DNA of 64,000 nucleotides, from positions 32,001-96,000 of the forward strand of contig CAXXMR010000027.1 of assembly GCA_963663805.2 (NCBI GenBank). The letters are read 5' to 3'. A program made the position numbers and the translations under genes. Positions within the stretch are counted from its first letter, which is position 1. Each line of letters begins with the position of its first letter. Shown here in pieces: positions 27,405 to 37,837 of this stretch. Below the pieces are notes generated by a model. That model ran no database searches, was not told the origin of the DNA, and was given only the letters and a program-made list of their open reading frames with translations. The stretch is from Sedimentisphaerales bacterium. Its GTDB lineage: Bacteria > Planctomycetota > Phycisphaerae > Sedimentisphaerales > SM23-30.

Positions 27405-28178
27405 TTACTTCAGGGTGAATCGATAATCTGAATTTTTCAGATGGTCGGGAGCTTCCTTCAGCTCCAGTTCAGCCACATGCCCGTCAACAAAAAGGATGTT
27501 AGTTTCGTAACTCTTCTCGTCGTGCATCTGGGTATAGGCAAGATACTGAGTGCCGGTCGTAAAATATTCCGAATAAGCGATAGTACGATCACCTAGCATC
27601 ACCATATTGCCTGCCTGTCTGATACTCGCGGACTTTTGATTGTAGAGGGTTTCGACTATGCGATGACCAGCCCCGCCCCATGCTTCACCCTTGGAACTGG
27701 TGGCAAGTCCCTCAATTGGATCCAGATAAACTGCGTTGTAAACGTAACTCGAACCATAAATGTCATAGAAAGGACGGTTGTCATATTCCGACGGAACACC
27801 GGAGCCTTTGCGATAACCTTTATCCATTGGGCAGTAACAAACCTTGGTATCAATATAGGGAGTTAATTTTCTTTCATTGCCCGGAATTGGCTGATAATCA
27901 CCGTTATGGTCACCAACAATATTAACACGATTGTTATGATAAAGAGTCGCCAGGGTCGGCTTGTCTTTTTCCATATACATAGGCAGCATGTCGTCATTGT
28001 CTTCCGTATATACATTAATACCCAGCCCGATTTGATGAATCTGGGTTCCGCAAACAACTTTCTTGGCTGACTCACGAGCTTGCCCCAATGCCGGCAAAAG
28101 AATCGAAACCAGCAAAGCTATGATGGCAACTACAACCAATAGTTCGACGAGGGTAAAAGCTTTGGGGCGATGATTCAT
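27405..28178 (-). CDS. Prepilin-type N-methylation/H-X9-DG (DUF1559-like) pseudopilin
   Basis: [26 protein letters not shown]...NILFVDGHV. Confidence 0.9.
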   Translation of the reverse strand: MNHRPKAFTLVELLVVVAIIALLVSILLPALGQARESAKKVVCGTQIHQIGLGINVYTEDNDDMLPMYMEKDKPTLATLYHNNRVNIVGDHNGDYQPIPGNERKLTPYIDTKVCYCPMDKGYRKGSGVPSEYDNRPFYDIYGSSYVYNAVYLDPIEGLATSSKGEAWGGAGHRIVETLYNQKSASIRQAGNMVMLGDRTIAYSEYFTTGTQYLAYTQMHDEKSYETNILFVDGHVAELELKEAPDHLKNSDYRFTLK

Positions 28179-28434
28179 GGCATTTTTCCTTTTTCTCAGG
28201 CTATAGACTTTTGTCATCCGATTTCACTGGCTTTATTATCGCAAATTAGCACCTGTGGTTAAATCTCATTTTGCGTTCAATATTTCTCATTCTACGAACA
28301 TTACTTTTTCTTGCAAAAAAAGGAGATCTGTATCAAAAAATGAGAGAAAATGGCATTTTAAGCCGCTAAGACCGAATTATCGGACAAGGAATTATGCTTG
28401 CATTTCTTTGTGTCAGTTGTTTAAAATATTTTTT

Positions 28435-29658
28435 ATGAGCAAAATCCCGAAAGTTATCCTGCGGATTTCATCAGACCTGGAATATGGTAGGGGATTCCTG
28501 CGCGGTGTGGCCAAGTACTCCCGAACACACGGACCATGGCATTTCTACAAACATATTGATGTTATGCTTTATCGCGATGACCCCCACAAGGCCCGCAGGC
28601 CCCTGACCAGACTAGCCAGCCTGCAAGCTGATGGGCTCATGACCCGTGACCCAATCAAAGATAAAAAACCCATCGAAGCCGGCATCCCCACCATTTTCGC
28701 TATTCATACCAAGGAACAGTTACCCTATTACCCCTACGTTATTATGGACCATTTAGCCATCGGTCGAATGGCCGCTGAATATCTCATCCGTCAGGGGTTT
28801 CGTGAATTCGCCTTCTATGGCCACAGTGATATGTTCTGGTCACGTCAGCGTGGGGATGGCTTCACCAGCAAGCTCCAGGAAGAAGGTTTTCAGGTTAATC
28901 TTTATCAGCCGCCCAAAGGCAAGGTTCTCGTCTCTTGGGAGGAAACTCAGGACCATCTGGAAAAATGGCTGTTGAGCCTCAGCAAACCGGTTGGCCTGCT
29001 TGCCTGCAATGATGTTCAGGCTCAGGATATAATCGAGGCTTGCAAAAACAGTGACTTACATGTCCCCGATGATGTAGCCATTATTGGTGTCGATAATGAT
29101 GAATTGCTGTGTGAACTTACCGAACCGCCCCTGACCAGCGTCGCGGTAAATTTCGCTAAGGCTGGCTACGAAGCTGCCGAACTGCTCGACCGGCTTATGA
29201 AAGGTGAGAAAATGGCCGGCCAACGCATAGTAATCAGACCTTCGCGTGTCGTGGCCCGGCAGTCAACCAATATCCTGGCCGTTGAGGATATCGAAGTTCG
29301 CAAGGCAATACGTTTTATTCAGAAAAGTGCTAAGCGGCCCATTGCTGTCGATGATGTTGTTGATGCGACTTTTCTGTCCCGGCGTGTTCTGGAAAAACGC
29401 TTCCGAAAATTATTGAACCATAGCATTATGGACGAAATTAAAAAAACTAGAATAGACCAGATCGCCATGCTCTTGACCGAAACCAGCATGTCTTTGCAAG
29501 ATATTACCACGGCCCTGAATTTTTCCGGCCTGAATAATATGTCAAGATTTTTTCATAGAGAAAAAGGGGCTAGTCTTTCTGAATATCGCAAACGTACTCT
29601 GGCCGGTTGGACAGGTGCATCCTTGGCCCAAAAAAACGGGACGGACGATATGAAATAA
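28435..29658 (+). CDS. XylR-type regulator (LacI-like sensor + AraC HTH)
   Basis: KPVGLLACND, VPDDVAIIGVDN, RQST, C-terminal AraC HTH. Confidence 0.92.
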   Translation: MSKIPKVILRISSDLEYGRGFLRGVAKYSRTHGPWHFYKHIDVMLYRDDPHKARRPLTRLASLQADGLMTRDPIKDKKPIEAGIPTIFAIHTKEQLPYYPYVIMDHLAIGRMAAEYLIRQGFREFAFYGHSDMFWSRQRGDGFTSKLQEEGFQVNLYQPPKGKVLVSWEETQDHLEKWLLSLSKPVGLLACNDVQAQDIIEACKNSDLHVPDDVAIIGVDNDELLCELTEPPLTSVAVNFAKAGYEAAELLDRLMKGEKMAGQRIVIRPSRVVARQSTNILAVEDIEVRKAIRFIQKSAKRPIAVDDVVDATFLSRRVLEKRFRKLLNHSIMDEIKKTRIDQIAMLLTETSMSLQDITTALNFSGLNNMSRFFHREKGASLSEYRKRTLAGWTGASLAQKNGTDDMK

Positions 29659-29695
29659 CGACCATCCCGCATATTTGATAGTACTATAAACCCAA

Positions 29696-30514
29696 TCAAC
29701 TATTCTTGCGTATTCTGATAGCCATGCCCGCTCCAGCCGTCAACAATAGTACGGTCAAGGGCTCCGGAATTGCTGTGGTGGAGGTATAGATACCGGTAAT
29801 CTGCTGTTCGCTGAGCGTATTGTTGAAAATCGCGAAATCATCAAGGGCACCGGTGAAATATCTCATGCCGCTGGTATGGTAACGCCGGCCCAGCGATACG
29901 CGAGCACCCGGCTGCCACGAAGTTGATGCCGTGGTACTGGTAGCAACACCGTCAACGTAGATTATGGGTATCGCGTCTCCGGTCTCGGAATCTTCTGCTA
30001 CCGCGACAGCTATGTGATGCCAGCCGTCGTCCAGATTAGCGACGCTGGATTCCACCTGACTCAAAACATCATTTTCGCCCCGGCAATAAACCCGAACATT
30101 GCTGCTGCCAAAACCAATGCTGAACTCAACGTCATTATAGGCGTAGGCAAACAATACACTTGCCTGAGCCCAATTGCCGGTTTTGACCCACGTCGAAACC
30201 GTAAAGCTGTCACTTGTTCCGCCCGGAAGATTTTCAGGAGTCGCACTCATCCTGGAGGTATAAACCTCAGCCACATTGCCGCCGCGAAAATCCAGGGCAG
30301 TACCGTATTTACCTGCGACGGAATAGTCATCAAAACTAAAAGCCGGAGTCCCGTTAAACATCGTGGCATCATAAGCCGGGTCAGCCACGCCCGCGGTGTC
30401 GTGAGCTACCGTCCCGGTACTCTCGTCAAAATCATAGTGCAATACCAACGCGGCATTTGATACGCTGGCCCATAAAGCTACAAGCAAAATCAACATTTTT
30501 TTAGTCAATAACAT
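29696..30514 (-). CDS. LamG-domain PEP-CTERM surface protein
   Basis: Signal peptide, WHHIAV/FTGALDDFAIF, IPEP-TM-basic tail. Confidence 0.88.
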   Translation of the reverse strand: MLLTKKMLILLVALWASVSNAALVLHYDFDESTGTVAHDTAGVADPAYDATMFNGTPAFSFDDYSVAGKYGTALDFRGGNVAEVYTSRMSATPENLPGGTSDSFTVSTWVKTGNWAQASVLFAYAYNDVEFSIGFGSSNVRVYCRGENDVLSQVESSVANLDDGWHHIAVAVAEDSETGDAIPIIYVDGVATSTTASTSWQPGARVSLGRRYHTSGMRYFTGALDDFAIFNNTLSEQQITGIYTSTTAIPEPLTVLLLTAGAGMAIRIRKNS

Positions 30515-30736
30515 TTTGACCTCCTCAATATTACTGAGATGTACTTTTGCGAACTCACACAGTCCACAGTTTAATATTCATCAATTTACGCACACCAACA
30601 GGAAACACCTGTTTTGGAACAGTATCATCTCTCATGACACGTTTCATTGAACCATCTTTGTGTTTTGAAAAAAAGCTCATTTTGCGGTTAATATTTCTCA
30701 CTATGCGAACATTAGTTGCCAAACAATCGAAGAATA

Positions 30737-31932
30737 AAGTGAGGGCCATATCGCGAAATTCTCCGGGTCCACCTGGTCGCAACTTGGCAGCGGGTTCAAT
30801 AATACGGTGTACGCCCTGGAATCCTGGGACGGCAAATTATACGCCGGGGGTTATTTCACGGCCAATGCTACAGATGAAAAAACATTGGCTCACCTGGCTG
30901 TTTATGACCCGGCGGAAGATGACTGGGCAACTCTTGGCGGCGGCCTGAATATCAAATACAGTGTACCGGTCCACGCCCTCAAGGGCCGCGCAGAAGGGCT
31001 ATATATTGGCGGCGATTTCGATTATATTGGGGGAGCACTGACTGCCAATTATCTGGCGGGCTATAATGAAGACGGCTGGTCGGAGATGTTGGCTTGTGAG
31101 GAAGGGATAACCATTACCGCTGGCCCATCTGAGACTGCTCTAACCAATGACGGGGTCTATGCCATCGGCAACTGGCGTGCATCTTATCCAACAGTTTATT
31201 ATCGCCTGGCCTGCTGGGATGGTGAAATCTGGAGTGCCATCGAGTCGGACTATACGCAGTTTAGAGGTATTGCCTCAGATGGCAGCAGTATGTTTGTAGG
31301 GACATATAGCGATATCACAGGTGAGTATCATGTCGCAGAATACAACGGGGCAAACTGGCAGGAGCTGGGCGGGATATTCAATCGAAATCCTCAGGCCCTA
31401 GCCGTAGCAAGTGATGGAACGGTATTTGCAGCTGCGAGCGGATCAATCGAAATTGACGGCGAAACAGGTTATAACTGTATCGCCCAGTGGTATGACAACC
31501 AATGGCTAAAACTCGGTTCCGGCCTGACAGGTAATTCTCCCCTGGCAAACGCTCTGGCCATTGATGATGATGACAATCTCTATGTCGGCGGGCGGTTCAC
31601 CCAAGCCGGGGTGGTAGATGCTCTAAATGTCTGCCTGCGGGAAGAAGATGGCATTTTAAGTAATCTGGGCGCAGGGCTTGATGGCACAGTTAAAGTATTA
31701 TTAGTGGATGAATCCACTATTATCGCCGGAGGTGATTTCAGCGGTCATGTAGCGGCTTACATTAATGAAGAATGGACTTATTTAGGTGCCGGGCTGGATG
31801 GTACGGTGCGGGCCTTGGCTGTTTGGGATGATAAGATTTACGCCGGGGGTAAATTTGAAACTTCCGGCGAAACAATCGTTAATAACATCGCGGTGTTTTC
31901 CGGCGGTAACTGGCAGGCTCTGGGGGCAGGTC
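30737..31932 (+). pseudogene. Beta-propeller repeat protein fragment (W..LGxGL repeats), truncated at both ends
   Basis: Repeats VYAL..LYAGGxF; no signal peptide or plausible start; cut by the IS at ALGAG. Confidence 0.75.
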
Positions 31933-33925
31933 TTACCCCCAATTTCTCACTTAAGGGGTAAAAAGTGGATTTTTGGCTCCTTCAGGGCTGTTGGTCTGTC
32001 GCCAACAGTGGTGTTATTTTTTGAGCTGACCGCTGTATATTTTCGGTGGCTTTTGCGGCGGCATTTCCATCTTCAAATGGTATAGCAGCAATTTCTGATC
32101 GCCATCGGGCTCGGTATATCTCTGCATCAGCAGAGTCCTGCCGTCCTGGGTTTCAAAGGACACATCGAGCATCTGGATTCGTGACATTGTTTCCAAAACG
32201 GCCTGGCTGGTTATCCCGCAGGCACTGGCCCGCAGTCTGTGTCTCAAGGTCACTTGCAGACAATAGCTCATAAACGCTACAAACACGTGAGCATCGACCC
32301 GGTCTTCTTTATGGTGATAGACCGGCCGAACACCCAGATCGCTTTTGAGCTCCCGGAACGCTTGTTCTACATTACATTGCAGCATATACTCCTGCCAAAG
32401 CTCTATGCCATTCTTTCCGGTTTGATTGGTACGCAAAAAGTATGTGCCGTCACGATAAATCATTTCTCGGTATTTGTTCCTATCGAATTTATAATCAAAC
32501 TCACCTTCCTCAATTCTTTCCTTTGGTTTTGGAATTGTAAGAGTAACGCATTTATACGAACTGCCAGCATGATGTTTGAGTTTGCCCAGCCTTTGCATAA
32601 AACGGGCGTAATCACGATATTTCTTCAGCTTCTCCAGACCTTCCAGATAGTCACGCAGCTTGCGCTTACGCATAGCCCGTTCTTTAGCCATCCGCTCTTT
32701 GCTGCGGGCTAGAACATAACATTCACCATCTTTTTCGATATGCTTTATGCGAACACTGTCATTTACATCATGCCAGTTTTTCACCGAGAGTTCTTTTGAG
32801 AATTCATCCAGTAATTTACGAGGAGTACCAACAAGGTAACCAATGTCATTATCACGCATGTGCTCAAGTACCGCTTCTGTGGGGATACCCCGGTCCATCA
32901 GCCAAACCCTGCCGACTTGGCCGTATTTTGACTCTATCTTGTTCAATAACGGCTTTAGCGTGGTTTTCTCCGAGGTATTACCCGCCCAGATTTCATAATT
33001 AATCGGAAAGCCATCGGGCGTAACTACCAAAGCTATCAGAATCTGCCGACAATCACTTCTGCGATCTTTGCTATGACCAAATTTGGCTTTAGGATTCTGT
33101 TTGCATAATCCCTCAAAATACGTACTGGTGATATCGTAAAGCAAAATATCGTATTCCAGATTGAACATCATCTGCCAGGTATCTTTCAGATAAGAGCAAA
33201 GCTCCTCTTTGTAGGGCAATATCCTGTCCAGGCAGCGGTAAAGCCGGTTCTTTTCGGCAACCTCAAAATCACAGTCCAGCAATACATCCATTGCGGTTTG
33301 AGTAAACCAGTGCTGATGAACATAAAACTCCGCGCCGGGTTTGATAAGACGATTTACCGTCAATAATTTAACGACTTTGGAATACTCCACCGAAGATCTT
33401 TCGGTGTCTATACGAGCGGACCAGAATTTATCCAGCCCAAGAGTATCCCATATCTCACAGCCCAGCCAACAGTCACCAAATGTTCGGGGGTTTTCCAGCC
33501 GCATCTTTGATAATTTCACGGCAATGGTATCGACATCATGGTGGGCATGATTATCCTGGTCATAAGCAAACAATGATTTGCGGACAGGCTGGTTATCCTC
33601 GTTGATTATCTCAATAGACTTTTCCCAGGACTTCTTTTGCGAATCGGAAATCTCCCCGAGATACAGAACCATCTTCTCCACATAACGACCGCGCGAGACT
33701 TTACGCTTCTCAGCTATGCTGTAGTAGGTGTTGTACTTGCCGTTCTTCTTTCGCTTGTGCTTCTTCAGGTACATGCACATATTATCGCGGCTGAAAAACA
33801 CCTGGCAATAGGGCAGGTCTGTACCAGAGCCAATATCGAACTAAAATCGCCGCTTACAACTCAAAATCACAGAAAATATTTTTATTTTTGACGGTTTTGA
33901 CCGCTAAGTGAGAAATTGGGGTTAA
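31933..33925 (-). mobile_element. IS1634-family insertion sequence
   Basis: 21 bp IR TTA(C/A)CCCCAATTTCTCACTTA at 31933-31953 and 33905-33925; extra right-end copy to 33943; no TSD. Confidence 0.9.
32014..33774 (-). CDS. IS1634-family DDE transposase
   Basis: LYDITSTYFEG, GHSKDRRSD, MDRG, VEQAFRELK, RPVYH...RVDAH. Confidence 0.93.
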   Translation of the reverse strand: MYLKKHKRKKNGKYNTYYSIAEKRKVSRGRYVEKMVLYLGEISDSQKKSWEKSIEIINEDNQPVRKSLFAYDQDNHAHHDVDTIAVKLSKMRLENPRTFGDCWLGCEIWDTLGLDKFWSARIDTERSSVEYSKVVKLLTVNRLIKPGAEFYVHQHWFTQTAMDVLLDCDFEVAEKNRLYRCLDRILPYKEELCSYLKDTWQMMFNLEYDILLYDITSTYFEGLCKQNPKAKFGHSKDRRSDCRQILIALVVTPDGFPINYEIWAGNTSEKTTLKPLLNKIESKYGQVGRVWLMDRGIPTEAVLEHMRDNDIGYLVGTPRKLLDEFSKELSVKNWHDVNDSVRIKHIEKDGECYVLARSKERMAKERAMRKRKLRDYLEGLEKLKKYRDYARFMQRLGKLKHHAGSSYKCVTLTIPKPKERIEEGEFDYKFDRNKYREMIYRDGTYFLRTNQTGKNGIELWQEYMLQCNVEQAFRELKSDLGVRPVYHHKEDRVDAHVFVAFMSYCLQVTLRHRLRASACGITSQAVLETMSRIQMLDVSFETQDGRTLLMQRYTEPDGDQKLLLYHLKMEMPPQKPPKIYSGQLKK

Positions 33926-34138
33926 GTGAGAAATTTGGGTTAGGGCTGTTATTGAGTTGGTCGCGGCCTACAGTATGGTTGATGAGTTGGTGAAAATCTG
34001 CACTTCAGATTCACAGCCGCGGTTAGATTTTTAGAGCCCAGACTGTGGGAAGGCGTACGTAATTTCCTATTTCTCAGGTTGTTACAATCTGTCCCGTCAG
34101 AGCTTGACCTGGAAAGCTAAAAAATTTCTTCAAAATAC

Positions 34139-34167
34139 TTGCAATCTGGTAGGACTACTTATATATT
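34139..34167 (+). promoter_or_regulatory. sigma70-type promoter for pckG
   Basis: TTGCAA, 17 bp, TATATT. Confidence 0.6.
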
Positions 34168-34280
34168 AACGAGGCTGCGCATTATGCGGAGGGTCGAAAC
34201 CCCCTCCCCGAAAGTGCGTAATCGTGGCAAGCCGACGTAACGGACGAATTAAAGGTAGTACTAGAAAAAAGGAAAAAGTT

Positions 34281-36227
34281 ATGCGACTTGAGATGAAAAA
34301 AGGAATCGATATTCTCTCAGCAATTGGCGGCATTGAAAACATAGACCAGGCCAAGGCCCTGTTCAAAAATAAATGTGATACGACGAATCTCACGAAAATC
34401 GAAACGATAAAAAATGAAGAAGCTCTGCTGAAAATCGCTAATGCTATCGCGATGTTCCAGCCGGATTCTGTTTGGATCAATTCCGGTAGCGAAGCGGATT
34501 TACAAAAGGCACGCGAAGGTGCTCTGGAAAACAATGAAGAGTTCAAGCTGGCCCTGTCCAATCATACCTGCCACTATGATTTGCCGGAAGACCAGGGACG
34601 TTTGATAAGTCAGACAATGTATATTTGCAATGAAGATGAAGACATTTCATCGATGGCCAAAAAAGAGCTTCGCTCGGACTCACATAAGTATCTTCAGGAA
34701 AACATGGTGGGCCTGATGAAGGGCAAGACCATGCTGGTTTCGCTGTGGAATCGAGGCCCCATTGGCGCTAAAGCTGCCATTCCAGCGATTATGATTACCG
34801 ATTCTTATTATGTGGTCCATTCGGGCAATATTCTGTATCCGAATGTCTTCAATGATTTCGACAAGGAGGTCGCTCGGGCCGGTGTGTTCTTTACCAACTG
34901 CCACAGTTTCGGCAGATTCAACAGTGAGGACATCCCTAAGGCTCGTATTTATATGGATCGCAGCTGGCAGACGACCTACTCGCTGCACTGCACCTATGCC
35001 GGCAATACGCTGCTGCTGAAGAAAGGCAACCATCGTTTCGCGGTCGATTTGTGTACTTATTATCGTGAGGAAGAACAGCTTTCCGAGCACATGTTCATTA
35101 CCGGCATGACCGGACCCGGTGGTCGCAAGACCTTCATCGCTGGTGCCGCTCCCAGCGGTTGCGGCAAGACCACGACAGCTATGGTTGGTACTGATTTTAT
35201 CGGTGACGACCTGGCCCAGATCTGGATAGAGAATGACGGCACGGTGCGGGCGGTTAATCCGGAGATTGGTATCTTTGGTATCGTCGCTGACGTGAACCGC
35301 GAAGGTGACCCGTATCTGATGGACTGTCTGCGGGGTGATAAACCTGCCGAGGTTATTTTCTCCAATGTGCTGGTAGATGACAGCAATACGCCCCGCTGGA
35401 CCGGCGACGGCGATAAGCTGCCCACCAGCGGTAAAAATTATGAAGGCGAATGGACGCCGGACAAAGGAACGCCTATGTCCAACCCCAACGCTCGCTGTAC
35501 GCTTAGCTGCATGAACATTGAAAATTACAATCCGGAAATCGGCAAAAGCCCCGCCGGAGCTCCCGTCAAGGTTATTACCTATTCGGGCCGTGACAGCGAC
35601 ACCATGCCCCCGGTATGGGTTGCCAAAAATGCTGATGAAGGCGTGGTAATTGGTGCTTCGATTCAGTCAGCTGCTACCGCCACCGAGATCGGTGCTTCCG
35701 GTATCCGTCGCCAGCCCTGGGCGAATGCCCCGTTTGTACCCGGTTCACTTACGGATTATATGCAGGCGCAGTTTAAGTTCTTCAATAGTTCGAAGATTAA
35801 AGACAAGCCGGTTATGGCAGGCCTTAATTACTTCCTGACCAACGCTTCACGCGGCGGTGCTAAGGACGATGTCAGCCTTATCGGCGAAAAACGCGATGTC
35901 AAAGCCTGGCTCAGCTGGCTCGAACGTTATGCCCACGGCGACGTAAAGGGCATCAATACGCCCATCGGCTTCATCCCCAAATATGAAGACCTCAAGGCCA
36001 TCTTCAAGGAAACTATCGGCAAGGACTATACCAAGGCTATTTACGACAAACAGTTCGCTTTGTATGTTGATAATATCGTAGCCCGTCTGGACCTGCAGAA
36101 AGAGGCCTACAGCAAGGAAAGCGACGTACCCGCAAAACTGTTCGAGATTTACGATACTCAGAAAGCAGAGCTTCTGGCCCTGAAAGATAAGTTCGGCAGT
36201 GTGGTTTCCGTAGAGCAGTTAAGCTAA
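34281..36227 (+). CDS. pckG: Phosphoenolpyruvate carboxykinase (GTP)
   Basis: YAGN..LKK, EHM, PSGCGKT, GDDLA, NPE.G.FG, PNAR. Confidence 0.95.
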   Translation: MRLEMKKGIDILSAIGGIENIDQAKALFKNKCDTTNLTKIETIKNEEALLKIANAIAMFQPDSVWINSGSEADLQKAREGALENNEEFKLALSNHTCHYDLPEDQGRLISQTMYICNEDEDISSMAKKELRSDSHKYLQENMVGLMKGKTMLVSLWNRGPIGAKAAIPAIMITDSYYVVHSGNILYPNVFNDFDKEVARAGVFFTNCHSFGRFNSEDIPKARIYMDRSWQTTYSLHCTYAGNTLLLKKGNHRFAVDLCTYYREEEQLSEHMFITGMTGPGGRKTFIAGAAPSGCGKTTTAMVGTDFIGDDLAQIWIENDGTVRAVNPEIGIFGIVADVNREGDPYLMDCLRGDKPAEVIFSNVLVDDSNTPRWTGDGDKLPTSGKNYEGEWTPDKGTPMSNPNARCTLSCMNIENYNPEIGKSPAGAPVKVITYSGRDSDTMPPVWVAKNADEGVVIGASIQSAATATEIGASGIRRQPWANAPFVPGSLTDYMQAQFKFFNSSKIKDKPVMAGLNYFLTNASRGGAKDDVSLIGEKRDVKAWLSWLERYAHGDVKGINTPIGFIPKYEDLKAIFKETIGKDYTKAIYDKQFALYVDNIVARLDLQKEAYSKESDVPAKLFEIYDTQKAELLALKDKFGSVVSVEQLS

Positions 36228-36327
36228 ACTACCCTGTTTGGCAAAAAATTGCCGTAACAGTTCACATAATCGTACCGATGCAGCTAATTTGAAATGCAGC
36301 GAACACTTGCAAATTGCCTAAATTAAC

Positions 36328-36357
36328 AAAAAGGCCAACTTCGGTTGGCCTTTTTTT
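36328..36357 (+). terminator. Rho-independent terminator
   Basis: AAAAAGGCCAAC-TTCG-GTTGGCC followed by T7. Confidence 0.9.
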
Positions 36358-36427
36358 GTTTCCATTTTAATGTGGAAATTGGTATAATTAATGTTCTGAT
36401 AACAAGAAAATCGAAAAGAGGCAGAAA

Positions 36428-37837
36428 ATGAGCAGAGTCACAATTTTTTTAACGATGTGTTTGATTTCAACATCAAGTCTTTACGCAACTACATATAATT
36501 CTGCCTGGAATAATACCAACGGTGGATATTGGGATGACAACAATAATTGGCTCCCTCAAATCGTGCCCGACAATGATGACCCGGATATTTTTATCGTTAC
36601 CATTAACAATTCCGGTAATCCCGAAATAAAAATAACGATGGAAGAGAGCCGTACAATCAGCCAGCTTCAATGTTGGGGAAATGTCTTCCTGTGGAGTGAT
36701 TTGTTCAATTACCCGCGTTTGGAGATAGTGGGTGGTTTACAAAACTACGGTGGACTTGATATTGAACAACTTGAGGTAGCGGCGGGGGGGATAAGCAATA
36801 GTGCCGTATTGTATATTGAGGCTGTCCGGCTTTATGGTTATATTTCCAATAGTTCGGCCGCGACATTAGACATTGAGGATTCCGATATCGAAGGAGACAT
36901 AATTAACTACGGGATTATCGAGAGCTTTGATACTGAACTTGAAGGTGAAATAACAAATAATGCCGGGGCCCGCATCAGTGTCCGTGATAAATTTATTGTC
37001 GAAACCAATGATTCTGGTCTGGGCGGCAATATTAACAATCAGGGCATTCTGATGGCATTGCCGAGCAGTCATTTCTGGGCGGAAGATACTTTTGCTAACA
37101 GCGGTTTCATTAAACTCTGGGGCGGCCTGCGGGGTGAAAATGAATTCATCAACAATACTGGCGGAACCATCAATGGTTATGGCGGAATTGCTGGCGGAAC
37201 CTTAACCAATGCGGGAACAATTATCGCCAACGGCGGCGGTCTGGAGCTTTTCGCGACCGCTTCTGCGGTGGTTAATGACGGAACTATTATATGCAAACCG
37301 GGTGCGATGATTTATCTGACCGCTCTGGGAACCCCGGGTGACCCGCAAAATAACGGCTATCTCGAAATCAACGCCCAAGCCACATTAACCGCGGATATGT
37401 CCCTGCATAACAACACCGGAGCGGAAATATATTTAGCCGGCGGTACCCTGGCAGCCCCCACGATTCATCAGGCGAACGGAGCGTTACTGACCGGCCAGGG
37501 AAATATCACCGGAAACATTATTATTGCCGATAACGGCTCAATAGAGTTCACTGGCCCGTCGAACGTATTTGGCGACGTAGGAATTGGCACAGACGCTGCT
37601 CTCGAAGTCCGCGACGGCACAACAATCGTCACCGGCGATATAATCAATAACGGCACCATCCACATGATTGGCGGACGTTTGATATGTCAGGGAACGTTCA
37701 CCAATAACGGAACGATAACCTGGGAAGCCGGTCCCAACAGCAATCCGGTCGATATGAATCTGGATGGGCAGGTTGACCTGATAGATTTCGCCGGTTTCGC
37801 TGATAACTGGCTCTGGCAGGCAGACTGGCGTAACTAA
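36428..37837 (+). CDS. Secreted beta-helix-like (N.G.I repeat) protein with a dockerin-like tail
   Basis: Signal peptide; repeated NNGTI; DMNLDGQVDLIDF...W. Confidence 0.7.
   Translation: MSRVTIFLTMCLISTSSLYATTYNSAWNNTNGGYWDDNNNWLPQIVPDNDDPDIFIVTINNSGNPEIKITMEESRTISQLQCWGNVFLWSDLFNYPRLEIVGGLQNYGGLDIEQLEVAAGGISNSAVLYIEAVRLYGYISNSSAATLDIEDSDIEGDIINYGIIESFDTELEGEITNNAGARISVRDKFIVETNDSGLGGNINNQGILMALPSSHFWAEDTFANSGFIKLWGGLRGENEFINNTGGTINGYGGIAGGTLTNAGTIIANGGGLELFATASAVVNDGTIICKPGAMIYLTALGTPGDPQNNGYLEINAQATLTADMSLHNNTGAEIYLAGGTLAAPTIHQANGALLTGQGNITGNIIIADNGSIEFTGPSNVFGDVGIGTDAALEVRDGTTIVTGDIINNGTIHMIGGRLICQGTFTNNGTITWEAGPNSNPVDMNLDGQVDLIDFAGFADNWLWQADWRN

Noticed and set aside
33784..33807. Additional 6-8 nt matches between the IS1634 end and the left flank (ATCGCGG, CTGGCA, inverted GGTGTTTT)
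   Set aside because: Individually expected by chance at this length; not counted as evidence for the guide hypothesis
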